DNA of 32,000 nucleotides from Coprobacillaceae bacterium (GTDB taxonomy: Bacteria > Bacillota_I > Bacilli_A > Erysipelotrichales > Coprobacillaceae), in NCBI GenBank assembly GCA_963675515.1, contig OY776328.1, positions 2,520,001 to 2,552,000 of the forward strand, written 5' to 3'. A program made the translations under genes and the position numbers. A model generated the notes under the pieces. It was not told the origin of the DNA, made no database searches, and saw nothing but the letters and a program-made list of their open reading frames with translations. Positions 19,953-28,723 of this stretch are shown in pieces. Each line of letters opens with the position of its first letter. Position 1 is the stretch's first letter.

Positions 19953-20591
19953 TTAACGCAGATACCTAACAAACCAATCTGCGGACATATTCGCGACGGT
20001 TTCTAGAGTTCCTGGCTCTTCAAAGAGGTGGCTAGCCCCGGCAACGATTTCCAGTTTCTTAACAGCCTTGATTTTCCCAAATGCTTGCCGGTTGAGCTCT
20101 AGGACACCACTATCAAGTCCACCGACTATTAGGAGTGTAGGCGCTTTGAGTTGATCCAAGTAAGATGAAGCAAGGTCTACCCGCCCGCCCCGGGACACAA
20201 CGGCGCTTACCTGTTTATCTAGCTTGGCAGCTGATTCAACGGCTGCTGCCGCACCAGTGCTACCGCCAAAATAGCCGATTTTAAGATTTCGGGTTTCTTC
20301 CTGATCCTTTAGCCATAAGGTAGTAGCGAGTAATCGAGTGACCAGCAAATTGATATCGAAGCGCCGCTGGTAATCCTGATCCTCCTCAAAAGTCATCAGA
20401 TCCAGGAGAAGAGTCCCCAGGCCCCTCTTTCTAAGCACCTCAGCTACAAAGTTATTTCTGGGACTAAAACGGCTGCTGCCGCTTCCATGGGCAAAAATCA
20501 CGATTCCGCTGGCTCCTGTTGGAATTTCCAGCACTCCAGGCAAACTGACCGTTCCCGCAGTGATGTTGACGTTATTACTCAGACTTTTCAT
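19953..20591 (-). CDS. Dienelactone-hydrolase-like alpha/beta hydrolase
   Basis: AAGGAGGG RBS before the ATG at 20591. FAHGSGSSR; nucleophile-elbow-like GYFGGSTGAAAA; GASHLFEEPG near the C-terminus. The start overlaps the upstream gene by 17 nt. Confidence 0.75.
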   Translation of the reverse strand: MKSLSNNVNITAGTVSLPGVLEIPTGASGIVIFAHGSGSSRFSPRNNFVAEVLRKRGLGTLLLDLMTFEEDQDYQRRFDINLLVTRLLATTLWLKDQEETRNLKIGYFGGSTGAAAAVESAAKLDKQVSAVVSRGGRVDLASSYLDQLKAPTLLIVGGLDSGVLELNRQAFGKIKAVKKLEIVAGASHLFEEPGTLETVANMSADWFVRYLR

Positions 20592-21237
20592 TCCGCTGCC
20601 CTCCTTTTCTAGCAACTTCTTTCAATATCGCTATCACCTCATTATCCTCAACCTGCAAGAAATTATCGTAATACGCTCCCACAGCTCCTAAATAGGCTGG
20701 ATCGATGTCCAGCGCAACCATATCATCTACAAGGGCTTTAATTTTCCCAGCTACATCCACAGGAACTACAGGTATCGCAACGACCAACTCTTTTGGGTTG
20801 CGGCTTTTGATTTCATAGATGGCTGCCAGCATGGTCAATCCGGTAGCGATACCGTCATCCACGACTATTACCGTCTTACCCTCTAGAGACTGTCTCGTAT
20901 TTCCCAATTGGTAATTTTCCCGTCTTTCCTGAATCTCACTGCGTATTTTTTCTATTTTTTTCTCTAACCATTTCGGGTCAACACGACTCATTTCAATTTC
21001 ATTACAAACTGGTTCCCCATCTTCAGAAATGGCGCATATGGCATATTCATCATTCCTTGGATGTCCGATCTTTTTGGTAATGACTAGATCCAGTGGCGCC
21101 GACAAAGCTTTCGCTATTTCTGCCGCCGGGACGACACCGCCCCGCGGCAGCGCCAAAACGACAACATCCTGTTTTTGATATTTGGCCAAGGCTTCAGCCA
21201 TTTTGATTCCAGCATCTTTTCGATCTTTAAACCTCAT
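20575..21237 (-). CDS. Type I phosphoribosyltransferase-family protein (function unknown)
   Basis: AAAGGAG RBS. MRFKDRKDAG...VVLALPRGGVVPA and the PRPP-loop VIVVDDGIATGLT. Confidence 0.8.
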   Translation of the reverse strand: MRFKDRKDAGIKMAEALAKYQKQDVVVLALPRGGVVPAAEIAKALSAPLDLVITKKIGHPRNDEYAICAISEDGEPVCNEIEMSRVDPKWLEKKIEKIRSEIQERRENYQLGNTRQSLEGKTVIVVDDGIATGLTMLAAIYEIKSRNPKELVVAIPVVPVDVAGKIKALVDDMVALDIDPAYLGAVGAYYDNFLQVEDNEVIAILKEVARKGGQRNEKSE

Positions 21238-21667
21238 GTTCTAATCTCCTTTCATCATGATTGATTCATTCATAGACATCTTTTTTTCTTATTATTACTG
21301 AATTTCGGTTCAAAAACTTCGATGATTCATATTCTTACTATCATTTCTATAATTCTTATGCCACTATCCCAAATATCTATTGATCACTATGCTTATAGTA
21401 TAGAGAAATTGTATTTGTTCAACCTAATTGGTATGCATCGCCTGGCATTATATAATTGTTTTCATTAGTTATAGACTTATCTCCCGTGTGGAATATTTCA
21501 TATTTCACAATGTAGCCATAATGAAAGTCCGCATTACCATGACCTTGAACTTCTAATGATTGAAATCACGAGAGGTTCAATTTAGGATCAAAAGGGTTCA
21601 GTTAAACAAAGATCAAAACCCGGTTTCATATGCTGGCTTATTGCAATACTCTTTCTCTCGAAGAGTT

Positions 21668-22087
21668 TTACCTGATGCCGGAATCGTAACTAATGGTGAT
21701 CTCCGTGAATTTTCCTGCCTCGACAGTAACCCGTTGAGGTGTGCCAATCGGGAATGAGTGGTTCTTGGGCGTTTGCGGCAGGAGCTGATAGGCGGCCGGG
21801 GCAAGATTGACTTTGAAACGGCCGTACTGGTCGGAAGTGGTTTCGGCTATTTTCCGCTTTCCGGTATCATCCATGATGAAGATAACTGCATTCGGATAGG
21901 GGTTTTCGTTAATCTCGCCTTCTTTTTCAACCGGTGATATGGGACCTATAATGACTGTGCCGGCAACCCCGCTGTTAGTGGGTTGGATTGACGCAGAGCA
22001 GGCACGGAAACGGATTAGAATTAATGACAAGGAAAGGTGGATGGCTATCATAAAGGCAAAGGTTCTAAGCGGATGTGATTTTGCCAT
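21668..22087 (-). CDS. Small secreted/anchored protein with carboxypeptidase-regulatory-like beta-sandwich signature
   Basis: GGAAGGAG RBS. Hydrophobic N-terminus. GVAGTVIIGPI....AVIFIMDDTGKRKIAETTSDQYGRFKVNLAPAAYQL resembles CarboxypepD_reg-type repeats. Confidence 0.5.
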   Translation of the reverse strand: MAKSHPLRTFAFMIAIHLSLSLILIRFRACSASIQPTNSGVAGTVIIGPISPVEKEGEINENPYPNAVIFIMDDTGKRKIAETTSDQYGRFKVNLAPAAYQLLPQTPKNHSFPIGTPQRVTVEAGKFTEITISYDSGIR

Positions 22088-22675
22088 AAAATTGTCTCCT
22101 TCCGAATAATCAGTTGAAAGTAAATAGCTCTATACACTCGATTAATAAACAAAAATCCCGAAATAAAGTCCTGATCCTATTATTCCATGAAAAATTGCCA
22201 ATACTAAAAAGACTTAGCCTATTCTTCGATGCCATTTAAAATTAACATGTATGAATTTTCTTACAAATAGGATTTTAAATATCACTAATGTAATTAAGAT
22301 CACTCCAGCCATCATATGTGTAGGAATCCCAAAAAAATTGGTATTATCATAGTGTATTCACAGTCCTTTTCATTTTAAGTTTAATATGATGAACTCCTTT
22401 TTTGACCAGTGATTCAGCTAGCTTCTAAAACCTGCTATAAATAATAGCTTCTGAGACCATTATATCACTCTAATAACACAATTAATATACACATAATATG
22501 AATTATCGTTATTAAAGGCAAATTAGGTTGCAATGTGAATAATATCTATCTGGTCATTTTCAATTCTAAGTTCCCTTTATTTTCTGCTTGCGTTACATAT
22601 ATTCTACTACCCAATATTTTTCATCCATGTAGCCACCAATGAAATGGCCCTTTGCATAAATTGAAATGAATCATT

Positions 22676-22753
22676 CAATCCCTACAAAAGGCCTCAATTT
22701 ACTTACATATTCTATTTTCTGGACATTACTATGATATTCTCAACATGCGTGGT
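22676..22753 (+). repeat. Intergenic repeat, copy A (immediately 3' of the DMT gene stop)
   Basis: It aligns by eye with copy B at about three quarters of positions over ~80 bp, in the same orientation. Confidence 0.75.
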
Positions 22754-22782
22754 ATGAAATTGGAAACATATTACCAACAGTA

Positions 22783-23826
22783 TTATCGATGATTATGGTG
22801 ACTATCAGGTGTATGTGAATGCTCGTGGGTTTTTTGTTCATGCTTGTGAACGTGAGTGTGCTCTTCAATCACATAATCATGAACATGATCATGATGCCCA
22901 TCATTATGATTATGGCGATGCTCATGTTGAATAACTTCGTGAGTATGAATGTGGTTATGTTTTTCAACCGATGCGAAGTAGGTTCCAACAACCATAACCA
23001 GCAAAGCAACTACAAATGAAGCTGTGACCGGCTGACTATAAACAACGAATGATAACCCGACTCCAATAAAGGGGGCTACTGCGTAGTAAGCACTTGTACG
23101 GGCCGCACCAAGTTCTCTTTGTGCTAGAATGTAAAAATAGATGCTCATTCCATAAGCAAAAAATCCAAGTAGCAGAGCATATGCGATGAACAATATGTTT
23201 GATGAGTATTCATGAATTGTCAATGCGATTATTAAAGAACCAAGACCCGATCCGAAGCCTTTAATAACAACGATTTGCAATGGATCTCTAATAGACAACA
23301 TCCGGGTGCAATTGTTTTCAAGCCCCCAGCAAACGCAAGCTACCAATACCAGAATTGACCCAAATGAAAAAGTGAAGCTGCTAAGATCCTCAAAAGATAG
23401 AATCATGCACGATATTGTTATCAAAGCAATCGCAATCCACAATCTCTTTCCCACGGATTCATTGAATATGAACAGGGCAATAAGGGCGGTCGCTACAATT
23501 TCAAAATTGTTCAGCAACGACGCATTTGCCGGGGTGGTCATTGAAAGTCCAAACATCAATGCAATTGGAGCTGCAATGTCCAAAACAATCATCCCAACAA
23601 TATAGGGCATATCGCTCTTGGATACTTTTGCTTCTTTTTTATCAATAGCCATTCTATTTTTGACAATGTTTACCATCGCCATTCCCAGGCCTGCTCCTAG
23701 ATAAAGTAAGGCAGCCATAAATGCCGGTGGCAATTCAATCAATAGATACTTTGATACCGGAGAACTAACTCCGTAGCATGCTGCTGCCGATATCGCCAAT
23801 ATTATGGCCAATCTATAATTGTTCAC
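22783..23826 (-). CDS. DMT/EamA-family transporter with a histidine-rich C-terminal tail
   Basis: AGGTG RBS plus the GTG at 23826. Ten predicted TM helices in two EamA-like halves. The last 60 residues contain 22 His (..HNHIHTHEVIQHEHRHNHNDGHHDHVHD...HEHSHTPDSHHNHR). Confidence 0.8.
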   Translation of the reverse strand: MNNYRLAIILAISAAACYGVSSPVSKYLLIELPPAFMAALLYLGAGLGMAMVNIVKNRMAIDKKEAKVSKSDMPYIVGMIVLDIAAPIALMFGLSMTTPANASLLNNFEIVATALIALFIFNESVGKRLWIAIALITISCMILSFEDLSSFTFSFGSILVLVACVCWGLENNCTRMLSIRDPLQIVVIKGFGSGLGSLIIALTIHEYSSNILFIAYALLLGFFAYGMSIYFYILAQRELGAARTSAYYAVAPFIGVGLSFVVYSQPVTASFVVALLVMVVGTYFASVEKHNHIHTHEVIQHEHRHNHNDGHHDHVHDYVIEEHTHVHKHEQKTHEHSHTPDSHHNHR

Positions 23827-23941
23827 TTTTTGAGCACCTCATTTTGTTTATGGAGTAATGGACCTCACTTCTCCATTGGAATTATTTTTATAATTTTATC
23901 ATATTGCTATGACCATTTCCACGGTAATAATAACAGTTGTT

Positions 23942-23983
23942 CCCCAATCATCCAAATCGTATCCTTTACCCCACTATCCAAAT
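23942..23983. repeat. Direct repeat CCCCA(A/C)T(C)ATCCAAAT x2 in the DMT gene upstream region
   Basis: CCCCAATCATCCAAAT at 23942-23957 and CCCCACTATCCAAAT at 23969-23983, with starts 27 bp apart, ~115-155 nt upstream of the GTG start. Confidence 0.6.
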
Positions 23984-24065
23984 GTAGCTCTCAACTCTTA
24001 ATAATTTATTCAGCCCTTTTTTTCTGATTAAAAAAGGCCATCCGCGGGATTTAAACTGTCTTGTT

Positions 24066-24145
24066 CAATTCCTACAAAAAAGGTCTTATTTAGCGTATAT
24101 TTTCTATTCCCGAGACATCACTACGATATTTTCAACACGGGTAGT
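24066..24145 (+). repeat. Intergenic repeat, copy B (5' of the DMT gene)
   Basis: CAATTCCTACAAAAAAGGTCTTATTTAGCGTATATTTTCTATTCCCGAGACATCACTACGATATTTTCAACACGGGTAGT. See copies A and C. Confidence 0.75.
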
Positions 24146-24707
24146 GGCGCCTTTACGTCGTATCAATTGTTACCACACACAATCATTACAACTTGCCAAT
24201 TAACAACTATACTGCGATTATGTTACCGACAAGACTCCACAGCTACTGAAAGAAATTAATTATAAGGAAATTGAAAATGTCATTCATGGCGACCAACGAA
24301 TGAATATGTATTTATGAAAGTATTTCATTATTTCAGGAGAAGTAATGCTCATGGTGGTCATCCACACTTGCGCTGGATGATGGACAGCATTTACATTCGA
24401 ACTGATCTAGCGGTTATTTTTAAGCCGATAAAGAAAAAACAACAGATAAGTTCAACGGAGCCATTGCAACCATTATGGGGCTGGACCGAGCGATTCACTG
24501 GAGCAATAATGCAAGTGCCTCTATATATGATGCTAGAGGAATCTTGTATATCTAATTCATTCTGCCTGTTTTTTGGCTTAATGAATAAAACATACAAATA
24601 ATTATGCAGTAAAACTTGATTTAGTGCATTATTCAATTGATTTCTGCATATTTTAGTGCTAAAATTATGTAGAATAATTAAGAAATAGGCAGAAAGGAAG
24701 TATCCAC

Positions 24708-25763
24708 ATGCGTGAATTCAATTATCAAATCATTCCAACTGAGTTGCTGCGATTAGATATTATGAACTTGGTTTCTGCAATCCACGAATACAAGGGTAAG
24801 CAAGAATTATTCATTGCCGCAAAACCAGACATATTGAATAGAATGATCGAAGTCGCAAAAATTCAAAGCGTTGGTTCCTCAAATAGGATCGAAGGCATTC
24901 ATACTTCTGATAAGCGATTAGATGAATTGATCAAGGTCAAAGCTGAACCAAAAAATCGTTCCGAACAAGAAATCGCAGGATACTGTGAAGTTTTATCACT
25001 TATCCATGAAAGCCACGAATATATGCCGCCTAAATCAAATGTCATTTTGCAAATGCACCGTGACTTGTATCAGTTTGGTTTTGTTTCATTTGGCGGGCAT
25101 TATAAAAATTCGGACAATGTCATCACTCAAACTGATTCTAATGGAAAAGAGAGTATTCGATTTAAACCTCTACCAGCATTTGAAACTCCAGATGCTATTG
25201 AAAGACTATCTGATACCTACATCGACGCAATCAATAAAGGTGAATGTGATCCATTAATATTAAGTTCAATGTTTATCCTGGATTTCTTGTGCATCCACCC
25301 TTTTAATGACGGTAATGGCCGGATGAGTCGATTGCTATCTTTACTATTACTATACCGAAGCAATTACAATGTCGGAAAATACATTAGTATTGAAATGATC
25401 ATCGAAAAAACAAAAGAGACTTATTATGAAGTACTAGCTTTAAGTTCCCAAAATTGGCACGAAGGCGAGAACACTTATTATCCGTTTGTAAAGTATATGC
25501 TGGAAATAATTTTAAAAGCCTACAAAGAGTTTGAATCCCGAGTTGAATTTGTGGAGTCCAAAACACTTTCAAAGCCGGATCGAATCAAGAATCTATTTGG
25601 TAATAGTATGCATAAATTATCAAAAAAAGATATCCTTGAACGCTGTCCAGACATCAGCATTTCGACGGTTGAAGTTACTTTGTCAAAGCTATTAAAAGAA
25701 GATTACATCATAAAAGTTGGATCCGGGAGAAATACATCGTACATTAGAAATATTAATCAATGA
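24708..25763 (+). CDS. Fic-family protein (class II: intramolecular inhibitory helix) with C-terminal wHTH-like domain
   Basis: GAAAGGAAG RBS. Fic motif HPFNDGNGRMSRLL (25296-25337). N-terminal SNRIEG matches the (S/T)xxxE(G/N) inhibitory motif. Confidence 0.85.
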   Translation: MREFNYQIIPTELLRLDIMNLVSAIHEYKGKQELFIAAKPDILNRMIEVAKIQSVGSSNRIEGIHTSDKRLDELIKVKAEPKNRSEQEIAGYCEVLSLIHESHEYMPPKSNVILQMHRDLYQFGFVSFGGHYKNSDNVITQTDSNGKESIRFKPLPAFETPDAIERLSDTYIDAINKGECDPLILSSMFILDFLCIHPFNDGNGRMSRLLSLLLLYRSNYNVGKYISIEMIIEKTKETYYEVLALSSQNWHEGENTYYPFVKYMLEIILKAYKEFESRVEFVESKTLSKPDRIKNLFGNSMHKLSKKDILERCPDISISTVEVTLSKLLKEDYIIKVGSGRNTSYIRNINQ

Positions 25764-25772
25764 TTTTCACAT

Positions 25773-25807
25773 AGCATCTATCCTAATTGGGTAGATGCTT
25801 TCTTTTG
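25773..25807 (+). terminator. Intrinsic terminator after fic
   Basis: AGCATCTA - 11-nt loop - TAGATGCT, followed by TTCTTTTG. Confidence 0.6.
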
Positions 25808-25894
25808 CCCATATTCAAGAAGGCGCAAGACTGATTATTAATGGCAGCTCCAGATTACCGCACTCGCATTTGACACTTTGAGCAATACCTAAAC

Positions 25895-26545
25895 ATCGAT
25901 ATGGTTATTGACTTTTATCAATCACTTCGCCTGTAATACCCTGGATTGTCTTAAATACATCCGCAAGCTCAAGGAATACAACGTGTCTGTATATTTCGAG
26001 AAAGAGAACATAAACACACTCGACGCCAAGGGTGAAGTAATGGTCAACTACAATCGATTTCTAGGGTACAACAAAGAGAATAAGAAACTAGTCATTGATC
26101 CCGGAACAGGCCGAGACGGTCAAACGAATTTTCAGGGAATGCCTAGAAGGCAAAGGCTGCAGGCAAATCGCAAACGGGCTTGAAGCCGATAATGTCAAAA
26201 ATGATGCCGGAAACACAAAATGGTATCTCGCAAACGTAAATAAAATTCTTAAAAATGAAAAATACGTTGGTGATGCCCTTTTGCAAAAAACTTAAACCGT
26301 TGACTTCTTGACAAAAAAAACGAGTCATGAACACCGGCATTATGCCGCAGTATTATGTCGAGAATAGCCATGAAGCAATCATTCCAAGAGACGTCTTCCT
26401 TAGGGTCCAGCGAGAATTAGAAAGGCGGAGAGTTGGTCATACCAGCCCCAATAGCATGCATCGCGCTTACAGTGCTAAACATTGCCTCGTCAATAAAGTA
26501 TTCTGCAGTGAATGTAGCGAAATTTATCGAAGATTACACTGGAAC
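25895..26545 (+). pseudogene. Large serine recombinase gene, 5' part: N-terminally truncated/decayed, with frameshifts and a stop
   Basis: Pieces lie in three frames: IDMVI / [38 protein letters not shown] (end of the resolvase domain) / [17 protein letters not shown] / [28 protein letters not shown]...NEKYVGDALLQKT-TAA-TVDFLTKK / MPQYYVENSHEAIIPRDVF...FCSECSEIYRRLHWN. The catalytic Ser region is absent. About 40 aa appear to be missing after KGEV. Confidence 0.75.
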
Positions 26546-26702
26546 TGAATATTTCACCGTTCGGGTGACACCGTCTCACTCTCCGGGTGACGTCATCACA
26601 CTATTATGATGATGTTTTTTTATACTTTTAAATCTCCAAGGAGTAGAATTATTTTGTAGGATAATTTCCAACCTACAAAATACAGACGAAAGGAGATTTT
26701 TT

Positions 26703-27058
26703 ATGTCTAAAGCAAAGGAAATATTGAGGCTTCGATCCATTGGATTGTCACAAAAAATTATTATGACTTCTGTTCATTGCGCTAGTCGTACCATCAAGCA
26801 CGTTTACGAGATAGCTGATGATAATGGTCTTAGTTATGATGACATCAAAGACAAATCAGACAATGAGATCGAAGACATTTTCAGAAGAAAAAGGAGGTGA
26901 ATTATTACCAAGAAAGACCTGACTATGACTACGTTCACAAGGAACTGGCAAAGTCGGGAGTAACGTTGATGCTTTTATGGGAGGAATACATTGAAAAGTG
27001 CAAAATTAATGAGAAGCCGTATTTGAAGTACACTCAGTTTTGCAACTTGTATACCCCC
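26703..27058 (+). pseudogene. istA (IS21 transposase) N-terminal part, frameshifted and then cut by IS3 copy 2
   Basis: AAAGGAG RBS. HTH MSKAKEILRLRSIGLSQKIIMTSVHCASRTIKHVY. A frameshift falls in the run AGAAGAAAAAGGAGG. Then ..RPDYDYVHKELAKSGVTLMLLWEEYIEK...YTQFCNLY. Confidence 0.7.
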
Positions 27059-27130
27059 TGTGTTAGGATAGTTGTCGTATAGAACGTTTTAGATTATACT
27101 TAGTAAAAAGTATACCAAGGAGACCTAGCC

Positions 27131-27607
27131 ATGACCAAAACTTATACGACAGAAGAAAAAATCAAGATCATCAGTGAGGTTGAACCACCACTTAACAAGA
27201 CGGTTGTTCAGATTGCTGAAGAAACCGGCATCAAGACGACTACACTATATTCTTGGAAAAGAAGATACCTCAAAAATCATTCAGTTTCTAAAATCAAAGA
27301 ACGCTACAACAAGGAACAACGTTTCCATTTCATCGCTGAATCCGCTCCCCTCAGTGAACATGAGCTCGGTGAATATTGCCGCAAAAAAGGGATTCATCCT
27401 GATGAGTTGGTTAAGTGGAAGAAGGAATTCCTAAGCCCTGAAACCAAGTCCGATTCTCTAAAAGATGACCTGCAAGCCGAACGGCAAAAGCGCAAAGAGC
27501 TGGAAAAACAATTGCGCCGCAAGGAAAAGGCATTAGCCGAGGCAGCTGCATTACTGGTTCTTGAAAAAAAGCTCCAGGCAATTTGGGACGACAACGAGGA
27601 AGATTAA
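27131..27607 (+). CDS. IS3-family transposase OrfA
   Basis: AAGGAG RBS. HTH (VVQIAEETGIKTTTLYSWKRRY) plus coiled-coil (LEKQLRRKEKALAEAAALLVLEKK). Confidence 0.88.
   Translation: MTKTYTTEEKIKIISEVEPPLNKTVVQIAEETGIKTTTLYSWKRRYLKNHSVSKIKERYNKEQRFHFIAESAPLSEHELGEYCRKKGIHPDELVKWKKEFLSPETKSDSLKDDLQAERQKRKELEKQLRRKEKALAEAAALLVLEKKLQAIWDDNEED
27565..27571 (+). other. Programmed -1 frameshift heptamer A AAA AAG of IS3 copy 2
   Basis: gaA AAA AAG ctc in the orfA frame. The -1 frame continues as KKAPGNLGRQRGRLTTLKL... (orfB). Confidence 0.75.
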
Positions 27608-28659
27608 CGACTCTCAAATTGCGCAAAGAAATCGTTACGTTAATCAAAGAAGCGAACGCCAATGGTGCCCGCTTGATCCCGGCATGCAAGGTGGCAGGGA
27701 TTTCGAAACGGACGTATGAAAGATGGACTCAAGAAGACAATATTTCCACTGATAGGCGTAAAGAACCACGGCTAAATCCTCCAAAGAATAAGCTCAGCAA
27801 TGAAGAACGCGAAGCTATAATGAGAATAGTTAACAGTCCTGATTATAGGCAATTGACACCGGCTGAGATTGTTCCGTTACTGGCTGACAAAGGTATCTAT
27901 ATTGCTTCAGAATCAACCATCTACCGTCTATTAAGAGAGTTGAAACAATTGAAACATCGCGGCCGTACAGCCCCGAAGCACCACAGACAAGCCACCACCC
28001 ATATTGCAATCAAACCGAACCAAGTTTGGAGTTGGGACATCACTTGGTTGCACCGCAAGGATATCCGAGGAGTTTATTACAAGCTATACATGATAATGGA
28101 CATCTTCAGCCGCAAAATTGTCGGGTACGAAGTATGGGAGACGGAAAACGCTGAATATTCCGCAATCCTGATGCAACGCACACTTTTAAGCGAACGAATC
28201 AATGGCGAACCGCTGGTCTTGCACTCCGATAACGGTGGTCCGATGAAGGCAGCTACATTTCTGGGGATGCTCGAGAATCTTGGTGTGCAAAGCTCATTTT
28301 CTAGACCGCGGGTAAGCAACGATAATCCATATTCTGAATCGTTGTTTAAGACATTTAAATATATGCCAAAATACCCCACAAGCGGTTTTGAATCACTCAC
28401 ACACGCTAGAAGCTGGGTCAATGAATTTGTACAATGGTACAACGAAATTCACTTACACAGCGGAATCAAATACGTGACACCCGCCAGTCGCCATCGAGGG
28501 GAAGATGCTGCGATACTGCAAAAAAGGAAAGAAGTTTATGCTGAAGCTAAAATGAAAAACCCTGAACGATGGAGTGGATCAGCCAGAGACTGGTCCTGGA
28601 TTGAAGCAGTTGCCCTAAATCCGACAAAAGAAAGTGAATTATTGATCAACGAAGTTTAA
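27583..28659 (+). CDS. IS3-family transposase OrfB (DDE integrase core), made as an OrfAB fusion
   Basis: WSWDITWL, LVLHSDNGGPM, RPRVSNDNPYSESLFKTFKY. By eye it is roughly half identical to OrfB of copy 1. Confidence 0.88.
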   Translation: MGRQRGRLTTLKLRKEIVTLIKEANANGARLIPACKVAGISKRTYERWTQEDNISTDRRKEPRLNPPKNKLSNEEREAIMRIVNSPDYRQLTPAEIVPLLADKGIYIASESTIYRLLRELKQLKHRGRTAPKHHRQATTHIAIKPNQVWSWDITWLHRKDIRGVYYKLYMIMDIFSRKIVGYEVWETENAEYSAILMQRTLLSERINGEPLVLHSDNGGPMKAATFLGMLENLGVQSSFSRPRVSNDNPYSESLFKTFKYMPKYPTSGFESLTHARSWVNEFVQWYNEIHLHSGIKYVTPASRHRGEDAAILQKRKEVYAEAKMKNPERWSGSARDWSWIEAVALNPTKESELLINEV

Positions 28660-28723
28660 CAAGCGCAACTCAAGAATTTGCATAATTAATATGAAAAAAA
28701 TGCGTCAACTATATTGACAAATA

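Larger units (their letters stand above)
27059..28721 (+). mobile_element. IS3-family insertion sequence, copy 2 (ends +/- a few bp)
   Basis: Left IR TGTGTTAGGATAGTTGTCG (27059-). Right IR CGTCAACTATATTGACAAA (-28721), matching 16 of 22 positions as an inverted repeat when both arms are extended 3 nt inward. Contains orfA/orfB with an A AAA AAG site. Possible 4-bp duplication TACC (27052-27055 and 28722-28725) if the left end is at 27056. Confidence 0.75.

Noticed and set aside
21430-21640. Minus-strand peptide fragments (..LEVQGHGNADFHYGYIVKYEIFHTGDKSITNENNYIMPGDAYQLG*) downstream of the 21668-22087 gene.
   Set aside because: There is no start codon in frame, stops interrupt the upstream frames, and I recognise no family. 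This is probably a gene remnant or chance.
22142-22350. Broken small membrane-protein ORF on the minus strand (MIIPIFLGFLHI / MMAGVILITLVIFKILFVRKFIHVNFKWHRRIG-TAA-VFLVLAIFHGIIGSGLYFGIFVY).
   Set aside because: It needs one frameshift and one stop read-through, has no convincing RBS, and I have only a vague family resemblance (DUF4405-like). It may be a decayed gene, but the evidence is too weak to annotate.
24150-24700. ORFs 24314-24601(+) and 24391-24636(-) upstream of fic, considered as a possible antitoxin or partner gene.
   Set aside because: They have no RBS and an odd amino-acid composition, and they overlap each other on opposite strands. Class II Fic proteins carry their inhibitor internally, so no partner is expected. 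The region remains unexplained non-coding DNA.
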